Shown: positions 9,659 through 18,919 of the stretch, piece after piece
Layout: every line of letters starts with the position of its first letter
How positions within the stretch are numbered: the stretch's first letter is position 1
Assembly (NCBI GenBank): GCA_902774725.1
Contig: CACYJP010000007.1
Coordinates: 1 to 58,960, forward strand
Source of the DNA: an uncultured Lachnospiraceae bacterium
Lineage (GTDB): Bacteria > Bacillota > Clostridia > Lachnospirales > Lachnospiraceae
Length of the DNA: 58,960 nucleotides
Reading direction: 5' to 3'
The notes under the pieces: model-generated
Databases searched by the model: none
Seen by the model: the letters and a program-made list of their open reading frames with translations, nothing else
What the model was told of the DNA's origin: nothing
Translations under genes and position numbers: made by a program

Positions 9659-11144
9659 ATATACCAAGGAACTTCTTAACTACCTTTTCCATATCTTCCT
9701 TTTCGCAAACTGTGTCATGAAGAACAGGTGCTGTTCTTATTTCATCGATAGCTGCAGGTACCTTTACTGCTGAAAGCTTGTAAAGCTCATCCACGAGCTC
9801 GAAATCACCCATTGAATCAAGCTTTGGATCGATAGCTGTAACAACGCTTCTTGTAAACTTGTATGGGCTTGCTGTCGAAGCGATAATTGTTGGTGTAGCA
9901 TCACCTGACTCAGCCTTGTACTTATCATATACTGAAACTGCAACCGCAGTATGTGTATCGATTATATATCCATCCTCGTCATACAGAGTCTTGATGGTAG
10001 CTGCAACCTCATCCTGAGTTGCAAAGTTACCATAGAAGCTGTAGAGGTTCTTCTTCATCTGATCAGTTATCTCGTACTTTCCTGTCTCGTTAAGGCTCTT
10101 CATCAGCTCAGCATTCTTTTCCGGATCATTTCCTGCGATACGATAGATAAGTCTCTCGAGGTTGCTGGAAATAAGAATATCCATTGAAGGAGACGATGTA
10201 AGTATAAAGTCTCTGTTCTTGTCATAGGTACCTGTTGCGAAGAAATCGTAAAGCACCTTGTTGTCATTTGAAGCACAGATAAACTTGCTAACCGGAAGTC
10301 CCATCAGTGATGCGTAGTAAGCAGCAAGGATATTTCCGAAGTTACCTGTCGGAACAACTACATTTATCGGATCTCCAGCCTTGATCTGGCCGGCAGCAAT
10401 AAGTCTTGTGTATGAATAAACATAATAAACCATCTGAGGTACAAGTCTACCGATGTTGATCGAGTTCGCAGATGAGAACTGGAAGCCCTTCTTATCCAGT
10501 AGCTCAGCCAGCTTCTTGTCAGAGAACATCTTCTTTACGCCGGTCTGTGCATCATCAAAGTTACCTGTGATACCAGCCACAAATGTATTCTTGCCCTTTT
10601 CTGTTACCATCTGTTTTTCCTGAATAGGGCTTACACCATTCTTTGGATAAAATACTGCGATCCTTGTTCCCGGAACATCTGAGAAGCCTGCAAGGGCAGC
10701 CTTTCCTGTATCACCTGATGTAGCTGTAAGGATAACTATCTCCTTATCAACATTATTCTTCTTAGCTGCTGTAGTGAGCAGATATGGAAGAATCGAAAGT
10801 GCCATATCCTTGAATGCGATTGTCTTTCCATGGAAAAGCTCAAGTATATAAGCACCGTGATGATACTTAACAGGAGCGATCTTCTCTGTATCAAACTTGC
10901 TATCATAAGCGCTCTCGATACAGTATCTGAGCTCCTCCTCTGTGAAGTCAGTGAACATACGACTCATAACCTCAAAGGCTACTTCTCTATAGTCCATTTC
11001 AGCCAGCTCTTCAAAAGGTACATCCAGCTCCGGAATCTCGTCCGGAACAAATAGTCCACCGTTTTCTGCTAGTCCCTTAAGGATAGCCTGACTGGCTGTT
11101 GCTGTTTCATTTTCATTTCTTGTGCTTCTGTAAAGAAAACTCAT
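9657..11144 (-). CDS. thrC: Threonine synthase
   Basis: YRSTR, ELFHGKTIAFKDMAL, ATSGDTG, NSINIGR, VPTGNFGN, SPSMDI. Confidence 0.96.
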   Translation of the reverse strand: MSFLYRSTRNENETATASQAILKGLAENGGLFVPDEIPELDVPFEELAEMDYREVAFEVMSRMFTDFTEEELRYCIESAYDSKFDTEKIAPVKYHHGAYILELFHGKTIAFKDMALSILPYLLTTAAKKNNVDKEIVILTATSGDTGKAALAGFSDVPGTRIAVFYPKNGVSPIQEKQMVTEKGKNTFVAGITGNFDDAQTGVKKMFSDKKLAELLDKKGFQFSSANSINIGRLVPQMVYYVYSYTRLIAAGQIKAGDPINVVVPTGNFGNILAAYYASLMGLPVSKFICASNDNKVLYDFFATGTYDKNRDFILTSSPSMDILISSNLERLIYRIAGNDPEKNAELMKSLNETGKYEITDQMKKNLYSFYGNFATQDEVAATIKTLYDEDGYIIDTHTAVAVSVYDKYKAESGDATPTIIASTASPYKFTRSVVTAIDPKLDSMGDFELVDELYKLSAVKVPAAIDEIRTAPVLHDTVCEKEDMEKVVKKFLGI

Positions 11145-11174
11145 CTGTTTCTCCTCTTTTCTTTATGTTAATAC

Positions 11175-11244
11175 TTGTTTATTGTTCTATATATTAATGC
11201 TTATTTATTGTTCCATATATTAATGCTCGTTTACTATTCATATC
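11175..11244. repeat. 26-bp tandem repeat, two near-identical copies plus a degenerate partial copy
   Basis: ttgtttattgttctatatattaatgc / ttatttattgttccatatattaatgc / tcgtttactattc. Confidence 0.75.
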
Positions 11245-12555
11245 TTACAAGCTGTTGTACATGAGCTGCGCGTATGCGGAGTATCCATCCCCCGTCATAT
11301 GTATACCATCTCCGGCAAAGTATTCCGGATGGGCCTGTCCGACGGATGCCCAGTCTATCAGGGTTACGTTACTATTCGCAGAGCATAGCGCTGATATAAC
11401 AGCATTTACTTCTGAGTACCAGCTAAGGCTCGGACCATAGGTATTTACCCAGTATATCTGCTTATCACTTCCTATACTGTCAATAAGCCTCTGTCCATCC
11501 TCCTGCGAGAATACGCCGTTTGTTCCAAGCTCTATGATAACCTTATTACCAAGAGTACCGGCGCTCTTCATTCCACTGACGACGTCAAACCCGGCTGACA
11601 TCTGTCTTCCGACAACGCCATCTACATTTGCATCAGGAACGAGCCCCTTAAAGGCTGATGTACAGCCAACAGTAAGTGAGTCACCTATAAGAGTTACAGA
11701 TCCGGTAGCTCCGGTATTTCCTGTGTTACCCGTGCTTCCGCTATTTGTGTTTGCAGTTGCCGTAGTACCACCTCCTGTATATAGGTATACATCGCCGTAT
11801 CTCTTACCCCAGGCAAGAGCCTCTGCATGGGTATTGAAGAAGATATCTATGTGGTTACCTGTTATGGCTCCACCACGGTCCTCAACCGTGTATACGATTC
11901 CATTTATTACCATCTGGGTACCAAAGGCATATCTCCTGTCTGCTGCAATTGTATGATTTGGTGTAGCAGGCTTTCCACTGGCAGTAATACCATTGGTCTT
12001 TCCACAGCAAATAGCACATGGACAGTATCCCGTCAGCAGGAATCTTCCAAGATATGAACCGCCTGTGCCGTATTGTACATTTCCACCACTGGCTGTCATT
12101 CTCGGAGATATAGATATGTCCGTACTGGCATTCTCCTCTCCCAGCTTGTTCAGCTTATACTTATCACGTCTGTCCTTTGCCGCATCCTTTGCAGTCGTTA
12201 CATCCACAGCATTGTTACTGGCAATAAGTGCCTCGAGCGCAGCCTTATCCTTCTGCTGCTGTTCTGTCAGATTATTTCCGCTAAATGCACCAACAGAATC
12301 TCTGAAATTTCCGGACTCAGCAACATTTGCATCTATATTAAGAGTCGAATAAGCCACCTTATAATAATGAGGAACTTCAGGCGCATCCTTATAAAGAGGA
12401 GTCAGCTGAACCATCCTTCCATGTTCAGTTGTCTTCTGAAGCTTTTTGTCTATAACAGTGAATAAACACACGCCAACAAGGATCAGCACAACCAGCACTG
12501 AACCTATAGTCGAATGATATTCTTTAACAAACCCTAACAGTTTTTTCAAGCGCAT
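11245..12555 (-). CDS. Membrane-anchored 3D-domain protein fused to an OatA-C-like SGNH hydrolase/acetyltransferase domain
   Basis: N-terminal TM; 3D motifs TASG, IAAD, VEDRGG, HIDIFF; Gly/Thr/Asn linker; SGNH GDSL, DGVVGR, ELGTNG, DGIH. Confidence 0.85.
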   Translation of the reverse strand: MRLKKLLGFVKEYHSTIGSVLVVLILVGVCLFTVIDKKLQKTTEHGRMVQLTPLYKDAPEVPHYYKVAYSTLNIDANVAESGNFRDSVGAFSGNNLTEQQQKDKAALEALIASNNAVDVTTAKDAAKDRRDKYKLNKLGEENASTDISISPRMTASGGNVQYGTGGSYLGRFLLTGYCPCAICCGKTNGITASGKPATPNHTIAADRRYAFGTQMVINGIVYTVEDRGGAITGNHIDIFFNTHAEALAWGKRYGDVYLYTGGGTTATANTNSGSTGNTGNTGATGSVTLIGDSLTVGCTSAFKGLVPDANVDGVVGRQMSAGFDVVSGMKSAGTLGNKVIIELGTNGVFSQEDGQRLIDSIGSDKQIYWVNTYGPSLSWYSEVNAVISALCSANSNVTLIDWASVGQAHPEYFAGDGIHMTGDGYSAYAQLMYNSL

Positions 12556-12610
12556 AATCTCCTCATCATGACATAGTTAAGTGAATGATACCACTAAACT
12601 CCCGTAAAGT

Positions 12611-12640
12611 CAAAAATGGGCACCGAGGTGCCCATTTTGT
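12611..12640 (-). terminator. Intrinsic terminator of the LTA-synthase-family gene
   Basis: AAAATGGGCACC-ga-GGTGCCCATTTT hairpin directly after the stop. Confidence 0.8.
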
Positions 12641-12641
12641 A

Positions 12642-15239
12642 TTATTCCTCTTTATCCAGCAGAAAATACTCCGTCAGTTTATTCTTTTTATCGAATATCA
12701 GATTGTACTGAACCATTTCCAAATCCTTCAATCTATCGGCGTAAGGAGAGGCTTGGGCATTCTGAAAATAATTATCATCCTTATCCCAAACTCCAATAGC
12801 CGTTATAGCAGGTATTTCTTTATGCTGATCAAGTAGTAGCTTGTCATAGGTTGATAGTTCAACGCCTGCAGCATTCATAACATAAGAACCCACGTAGTTC
12901 GTTGAAAGCTCGTTAAGATATGATACATCCCAATCACTATTATCAGGATTATCTAGGCAATCCTGAACCTTGACTCCCCAAGGCTTTAAATGATCATACT
13001 CTTCTATATCAAAGTTTGCCCACATAACATATGGAACATAGTACTGACTAAGGTTTTGGAACATTTCATCATTCCATGCCGGATGCTTTTCAAGAATTTC
13101 CTTCGCATCATCATCAAAGGACGGCTGGTGATCCCCATACATAAATATAATAGTAGGTTCATCCACTTTCTCATAATATTCAATCAAGCCCTTAAACGCT
13201 GTATCAGAAAGCTTCACTGACGAGAGGTAAGTATTGATAGAGTCTGTCGGCTCAAAGTTCGTTACCTTGACACTTTCTCCCATGTCAAATGGACCACCGG
13301 TATATCCGCCATGTCCTTGAATAGTGACATTAAAACAGAAGAAAGGCTTTCCTGAGTTTTTGTTTTCTTCGTAGAATCTTATGACATTCTTATAATTCGC
13401 CTCATCTGTCATATATCCTCTAGGAAGCTCACTGCCCGGATATTCATCAAAGAAATTCTCTTCAAACTCTTTTCTGTCAAAGCCCATATAATCATAAACA
13501 CTGTTTCGATTATATCCACTAGAATAATAGCTGTGATAAGCGACAGTATAATAAGGATTTTCCTGATTCTTAAGCATCTCAACAACTGAAGGAATATTCT
13601 GCTTTAAGTACTGTGTGTAAGGCACAGAACCATAAGGGAAGAACTGAAGTGATGAACGTGACAGAACCTCAAACTCAGTATTAGACGTTGGGCCTCCCGT
13701 CACAGACATATTCAGATAACCCTTCTGAGTATTCTCCTTCATACTATGGATATATGGCATATAATCCTGATCAGTCTCAATATCAGCTGTTATAGAATAG
13801 TCTGAGAAGGCTTCGTTCTGAATAATAATGATATTTGGAGACTTTATTGACTCAGCAGTTGTATCCGCTGTTTTTCCATCATTATTTTCGGCCGTTTCAC
13901 CATCAATCTGTCCGTTCTTCAGTCCCTCAGAAAAGTTTTCAAAAATTTCCTGAACATTAACTGCTGAATAACCATCAACTACTATTTTTCTAGTTGAGTC
14001 CATATTACTGATGAAATATGGTAAATATCCAACCTTCGTAACATTATCATTGTAATTCCAGCCTACACCAAAAACTTTTCCATAGAAGTCACCGGTTCTC
14101 ATAGTGATAATGACGAATGCAACAATAAGTCCCTCAAAAACGATAGTGGTTACTATTCTCTTTATGATTTTCTTTTTTTTGCCTGCTCCCTTATCTTCTA
14201 TAACTTCTTTATCATTGTTATCTCCCGACTTATCATCTATAGTTTTATCATCAAAACTAAACTCACTTACGTAAGGTCTCTTAGGAAGCTTAACAAAAAT
14301 CACAAATGCAATCATAACGAGCAGAAGACCTAGGCTAAGCCAGAACCAAAACTTTGGCTTATAGTCATAATTACCGGCAACTTCCATGGCCGTCCTGACA
14401 ACCGTAAGATCGCCAAACATTATATAATTGCCACGGAACTGGCATACAATATCGTTTGCAAGACCTATAGCATAGGACAAAATCAAAGAGATTATTGCAC
14501 CAAGCTTTGGTCTTCTGAACAATACAAATATAGCCAGCTGAAGGATCAGCCAGTACATGATATTTACATGGATCAAATGCGTGAGAACTCTCATTTTGCT
14601 TCCAACTTGAAATTCAAGCAAACAGCAGGAAACAATTGAAATAAAAAGCATAAAGAAAAATAATGTCAAACGAGGGTGACGCTTAGGGAAAGTTTTTAAA
14701 TCATGAATAAACCTTCCCCAGTCAAACGTAAATATCATAAACGCAAGACAAGCAAAGATAATACGAAAATAATCAGGAATATAACCTATAATGCAATTAT
14801 GAAATGTTGAATGAAAGAAAGCCCTTCCATAAGTGAGAATTAAAAAGGCAACACCAATACCAAGTGCATATCGACATATCTCCAATATTAACCCCATGGA
14901 ATCATTTTTCTTAAAGAATTCAGAATCCAGCCATTTTTCAGGGAGAGTTTTTGAATGATAATAAAAAGCGAAAAACAACATTATAGCAATTGGAAGCATA
15001 GAATATAACACTCTATATATTACTATAAGTAATGTCATAGCCCTAACACCATTTTCAAAGACATTAGCTCCTGCATCCTCAAAAAACTTTGCTATTTCCG
15101 AATCTCCATAATACAGCTCATATAAGGATTTTATAAGATCAAAATCCATCAACAAGACAAATAAAAAAGAGATAATTAAAGCAACAATAAACAATACTAT
15201 AATTTTTATATTTTTGTGTGACTCAAAAAAGGTTTTCAT
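12642..15239 (-). CDS. LTA synthase family / phosphoglycerol transferase (sulfatase fold) with extra N-terminal TM region
   Basis: Multiple TMs; PNIIIIQNEAF, GGPTSNTEFE, TIQGHGGY, YGDHQP. Confidence 0.9.
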   Translation of the reverse strand: MKTFFESHKNIKIIVLFIVALIISFLFVLLMDFDLIKSLYELYYGDSEIAKFFEDAGANVFENGVRAMTLLIVIYRVLYSMLPIAIMLFFAFYYHSKTLPEKWLDSEFFKKNDSMGLILEICRYALGIGVAFLILTYGRAFFHSTFHNCIIGYIPDYFRIIFACLAFMIFTFDWGRFIHDLKTFPKRHPRLTLFFFMLFISIVSCCLLEFQVGSKMRVLTHLIHVNIMYWLILQLAIFVLFRRPKLGAIISLILSYAIGLANDIVCQFRGNYIMFGDLTVVRTAMEVAGNYDYKPKFWFWLSLGLLLVMIAFVIFVKLPKRPYVSEFSFDDKTIDDKSGDNNDKEVIEDKGAGKKKKIIKRIVTTIVFEGLIVAFVIITMRTGDFYGKVFGVGWNYNDNVTKVGYLPYFISNMDSTRKIVVDGYSAVNVQEIFENFSEGLKNGQIDGETAENNDGKTADTTAESIKSPNIIIIQNEAFSDYSITADIETDQDYMPYIHSMKENTQKGYLNMSVTGGPTSNTEFEVLSRSSLQFFPYGSVPYTQYLKQNIPSVVEMLKNQENPYYTVAYHSYYSSGYNRNSVYDYMGFDRKEFEENFFDEYPGSELPRGYMTDEANYKNVIRFYEENKNSGKPFFCFNVTIQGHGGYTGGPFDMGESVKVTNFEPTDSINTYLSSVKLSDTAFKGLIEYYEKVDEPTIIFMYGDHQPSFDDDAKEILEKHPAWNDEMFQNLSQYYVPYVMWANFDIEEYDHLKPWGVKVQDCLDNPDNSDWDVSYLNELSTNYVGSYVMNAAGVELSTYDKLLLDQHKEIPAITAIGVWDKDDNYFQNAQASPYADRLKDLEMVQYNLIFDKKNKLTEYFLLDKEE

Positions 15240-15290
15240 TTCTTATTATCCTTCAATTAACCAACCAAATAAAAACATTGACTCCAAATC

Positions 15291-15319
15291 ATTATAAACC
15301 AATCATACGAATCATTCAA
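15291..15319 (-). promoter_or_regulatory. Sigma-A promoter TTGAAT-17-TATAAT for the LTA-synthase-family gene
   Basis: Near-consensus hexamers with 17-bp spacer. Confidence 0.65.
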
Positions 15320-15345
15320 TATTCTATATAATCAATAACATATAC

Positions 15346-15377
15346 AAAAAAGCACAGGTTAAACCTGTGCTTTTTTT
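15346..15377 (-). terminator. Intrinsic terminator of the major pilin gene
   Basis: AAAAAAGCACAGGTT-AAACCTGTGCTTTTTT hairpin. Confidence 0.85.
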
Positions 15378-15402
15378 ATATCACTGAAATTAAACTATGA
15401 TA

Positions 15403-15858
15403 TTAGTTTGTAAGTCCAGGATCAGTTGTTGTAACTGTCCAATCACCATTATACCACTTAGCATACTTACCAGCTTTAGCTGAATGATAAACAAATGATT
15501 TAATCTTGTACTGATTCTTCTTGTCACTTGCGGTCTTATCATAAGTTGACTTCAAATTATAATTTACTGAGAAACCTGAATCATCAATATCTGCTAAATC
15601 ATTGATTGCTGAACTGAATGTTTTATTTGCCTTAGCAGCTATAGAAGCCTTTGATGGATTTGCAAAAGTACCATACTGCTCAGTTATTAGTCCCTGTGTA
15701 GCAACATAAGCTGCTTCAGCATTAGTAGTAACGCTCTTCTCTCTTGCCTTGTCGATCCATCCAAGAAGTGCTGGAACAAGGATTGCTGCAAGAATTGCAA
15801 GTATTACGAGTACAACGATAAGTTCAACGAGTGTAAAACCTTTATTATTCTTCTTCAT
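15403..15858 (-). CDS. pilA: Type IV pilin, probable major pilin
   Basis: Class III signal KNNKG|FTLVE; strong RBS AAGGAGG; own consensus promoter and terminator. Confidence 0.88.
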   Translation of the reverse strand: MKKNNKGFTLVELIVVLVILAILAAILVPALLGWIDKAREKSVTTNAEAAYVATQGLITEQYGTFANPSKASIAAKANKTFSSAINDLADIDDSGFSVNYNLKSTYDKTASDKKNQYKIKSFVYHSAKAGKYAKWYNGDWTVTTTDPGLTN

Positions 15859-15917
15859 AAGCTAAGTCCTCCTTTTATTAATTTTTCATTTAGCTCTCTC
15901 ATGAATAAGTTAAGTAA

Positions 15918-15946
15918 ATTATATCGAGCAGTGACCGTTTTTGCAA
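15918..15946 (-). promoter_or_regulatory. Sigma-A promoter TTGCAA-17-TATAAT of the major pilin
   Basis: Near-consensus hexamers, 17-bp spacer. Confidence 0.75.
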
Positions 15947-16189
15947 GGAATTATGTAAACTACAGTTTCAAATCCACTAAACGAACAATAGTTTACAAAA
16001 TATTTTGTTCATATTGCACAACTCAACCCATTTTTCATGTCAATTCATTCAGTTTCATTCATAAACAATCATTTTCAACCAATCATTTGTAACATCACCG
16101 TAATATTTTTAGTAAAAATAAGTCAAAAACCGCCTCGAAATTGGCTATTTCACACAGTTTTCACAGTTTTTACATTTGTTTTACACTAA

Positions 16190-16237
16190 GAAAAAAGCAT
16201 CTGTAAATGCAGAATACAGCATTACAGATACTTTTTA
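16190..16237 (-). terminator. Probable terminator after pilB
   Basis: Imperfect hairpin AAAAAGCATCTGTAAATGC...GCATTACAGATACTTTTT. Confidence 0.6.
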
Positions 16238-16241
16238 AGAC

Positions 16242-17927
16242 CTAGTCGTAGTATGCTACTTTTACAAGCTCTTCGGCTGTTGTAAGTCCCTGTTCGATCA
16301 ACTCCATACAGCTTTCTTTAAGTGTAAGCATACCAAGCTCTTGACGTGCATATTCTTTGATTTCCTCTGATGTTCTCTCTTCGGATATCATCTTACGAAC
16401 CGGTTTATCTACCGGAAGTATCTCATGTATAGATATACGGCCTCTATAGCCGGTTCCATTACACTTCTTGCAACCGACCTTGTGCATAATTCTTGGAAGC
16501 TTACGTCCAACTATACGTTCCTCTTCCTCCGTCATCTCTCCCCACTGAGCACAGTCAGGGCAAACCTTACGAACAAGTCTCTGAGCTATGATACCGACAA
16601 GTGAGTTAGCAAGCATATATGGCTCAATACCCATATCTATAAGTCTCGTTACTGATGAAGCTGCATCATTTGTATGAAGCGTTGAAAGCACTAAGTGTCC
16701 TGTAATAGCCGCTCTAACTGAAATAGAAGCTGTCTCAGCATCTCGAGTCTCACCAAGCATGATGATATCCGGATCCTGACGAAGCAGTGCTCTCAGACCT
16801 ATCTCAAAAGTAAGACCGGCAGTATTGTTAACCTGCATCTGATTTAACTTCGGAAGATTCTTCTCTACAGGATCCTCGATAGTTGATATATTTACCGCTC
16901 TTTCAGAAAGAGTCTGAAGTATCATATAAAGTGTTGTTGATTTACCGGAGCCTGTAGGACCGGTAACATAGATCATACCATTCGGTGACTGAAGCATCTT
17001 GCTTACTATCTGATAATTTCTATCATTCATACCAAAGGATCCTGCATGATCAATAGTAGCAGCTGATGCAAGCAGACGAAGAACGGCTTTTTCACCAAAC
17101 ACTGTCGGAATAACAGATACTCTGACGTTAATTGGCACTCCTTCAACATTGGTCTTGAAGTGACCATCCTGTGGAATACGTCTTTCAGCTATATCCAGAT
17201 CTCCTATAATCTTTACACGAGCTATAAGCGAACTATGGATATTCTTTGGAAGTGTCATAAAGTCTACAATAACACCATCCATACGCATTCTTACAGACGT
17301 ATGCTTCTCAAAAGGCTCTATATGTATATCAGATACATTGGAATTGTATGCACGAACAACAAGAGAATTAAGAAGGTTGATGATAGGTGTATCATCATCC
17401 GCATCCTCTACATTGACTTCTATTATATCGTCATCTGCAAAGCTTGATTTAGCAGCCTTATCAGCAGCTTTTTTAGCAGAAACTTCTGAATAATAATACT
17501 GAATAGCATTTTCAAGAGGCTGTTTCTCAGCAAGCTCAACTCTTATATCTGTTCCTGCAACCTGACGTATATCCTCAAGTCCATAGAAATTAAGAGGATC
17601 ATTTGTAAGAACGTATAGAACACCCTCTTCTATTTTGTATGCCATCATTCCATACTTTTCAGCAAGAGGCTGTGGTATGGTCTCAACAGCCTTGATATCA
17701 ACTACCAGGTCAGTAATATTTACAACACTGTACTGAAGTCTTCTACCAAGTGCTTCAAGCATCTGACGTTCTGTGATGATATTTAATTCTATAAGAGCAC
17801 CACCAAGTCTGACACCCTCGTGCGTTTTAGTATATTCAAGAGCCGCATTAATATCATCATCTGTTACATATCCGAACTCTTTTAAAACGTCACCTATTCG
17901 TATGTTTTTGTTCGATCTAGCTTCCAT
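16242..17927 (-). CDS. pilB: Type IV pilus assembly ATPase PilB/GspE with N-terminal MshEN-type domain
   Basis: GPTGSGKST, TIEDPVE, LRQDPD, TGHLVLSTLH, CPDC...CKKC; RIG/RLG repeats at N-terminus. Confidence 0.95.
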   Translation of the reverse strand: MEARSNKNIRIGDVLKEFGYVTDDDINAALEYTKTHEGVRLGGALIELNIITERQMLEALGRRLQYSVVNITDLVVDIKAVETIPQPLAEKYGMMAYKIEEGVLYVLTNDPLNFYGLEDIRQVAGTDIRVELAEKQPLENAIQYYYSEVSAKKAADKAAKSSFADDDIIEVNVEDADDDTPIINLLNSLVVRAYNSNVSDIHIEPFEKHTSVRMRMDGVIVDFMTLPKNIHSSLIARVKIIGDLDIAERRIPQDGHFKTNVEGVPINVRVSVIPTVFGEKAVLRLLASAATIDHAGSFGMNDRNYQIVSKMLQSPNGMIYVTGPTGSGKSTTLYMILQTLSERAVNISTIEDPVEKNLPKLNQMQVNNTAGLTFEIGLRALLRQDPDIIMLGETRDAETASISVRAAITGHLVLSTLHTNDAASSVTRLIDMGIEPYMLANSLVGIIAQRLVRKVCPDCAQWGEMTEEEERIVGRKLPRIMHKVGCKKCNGTGYRGRISIHEILPVDKPVRKMISEERTSEEIKEYARQELGMLTLKESCMELIEQGLTTAEELVKVAYYD

Positions 17928-17959
17928 TTAAGTATCCCCACTTTAATTCAGTATGATTC

Positions 17960-18916
17960 TCAGTCTCCCAAATCCTCTGTAAGTCCTTCAGGCAGCTCTT
18001 CAGCATCTGTATCTGATGCAACCGCCGAAGTATCACACATATAGATCTCTATCTTGACTGTAAGTGACTTCTTATCAACTGTCTTCACTTCTTCATTTTC
18101 TACTTCTTCAGATGTTACCCCTGAAGCATCTGTCGTAGCAGAAGCTGTCGCTGACGATCTACCTACATAGTTTCCATCTGCGTCATATTCAAGTATCTCT
18201 CTATAATCTCCCCATGTATATGAAACGAGAAGAATTCTTTTATCTGCATGTATTATTTTATTTAAGAAAGCATTCAACTTACTGATATTACCGCCAACTG
18301 TCATTGATACAGGAACAGCATATATATCAGTATTCATTTGATACCCATCCTCAGCTCCCATTATCTCATCATTTACTTCAGCAGTAGTCTGTATCTTTTT
18401 CTTACCTTTAGTCGATTTCTTTTCAGTGGTTGCTGCCGGATTACCACTATTTACAGCAGCCATAGACTCGTCTTCTTCCTCATCGTCCTCTTCTTCCATA
18501 AACTCTTTCATCTCTGTTATCTGCTTCTGATATAATTCAGAGTTTTCATACGCTAATCTTGAAGAAGGACTCTTAGGCATATCGAAGGTTAGATCATATA
18601 TCTCAAGCCCTTCGCCCTCAGCCATCTCTGTCATCATCCTATCTATCTCTGAGTTTGTCATTATTTGATAAAATTCATTCTTTCTATCGGCAATATCTTT
18701 CCTATAATCATCGGCCTGCATCTCAACACTGGCAGCATTAACAATCTTTAGCTGATTTATCTTTTTTTCCGCCTCTTCATCCTCAGCTTTGCTGGAATAA
18801 GAGTTTGCCGCCTTAATCTGAGGAATAACTCCCCAATAGCCAATTCCTACTATGATAACCACCATAAACATAAATACGAGGAGTTTTTTATCACGTTCTG
18901 TCATATTTGTCTTCAT
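17960..18916 (-). CDS. PilO/GspM-like alignment protein with acidic insertion
   Basis: MTERDKKLL plus single TM, coiled coil, VPVSMTVGG..LNAFL; position between PilMN and PilB. Confidence 0.7.
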   Translation of the reverse strand: MKTNMTERDKKLLVFMFMVVIIVGIGYWGVIPQIKAANSYSSKAEDEEAEKKINQLKIVNAASVEMQADDYRKDIADRKNEFYQIMTNSEIDRMMTEMAEGEGLEIYDLTFDMPKSPSSRLAYENSELYQKQITEMKEFMEEEDDEEEDESMAAVNSGNPAATTEKKSTKGKKKIQTTAEVNDEIMGAEDGYQMNTDIYAVPVSMTVGGNISKLNAFLNKIIHADKRILLVSYTWGDYREILEYDADGNYVGRSSATASATTDASGVTSEEVENEEVKTVDKKSLTVKIEIYMCDTSAVASDTDAEELPEGLTEDLGD

Positions 18917-18919
18917 AGC

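Noticed and set aside
9570-9660. preQ1 riboswitch upstream of queD
   Set aside because: Spacer is occupied by the 14-bp tandem array; no preQ1-I stem-loop plus A-rich tail seen on the minus strand
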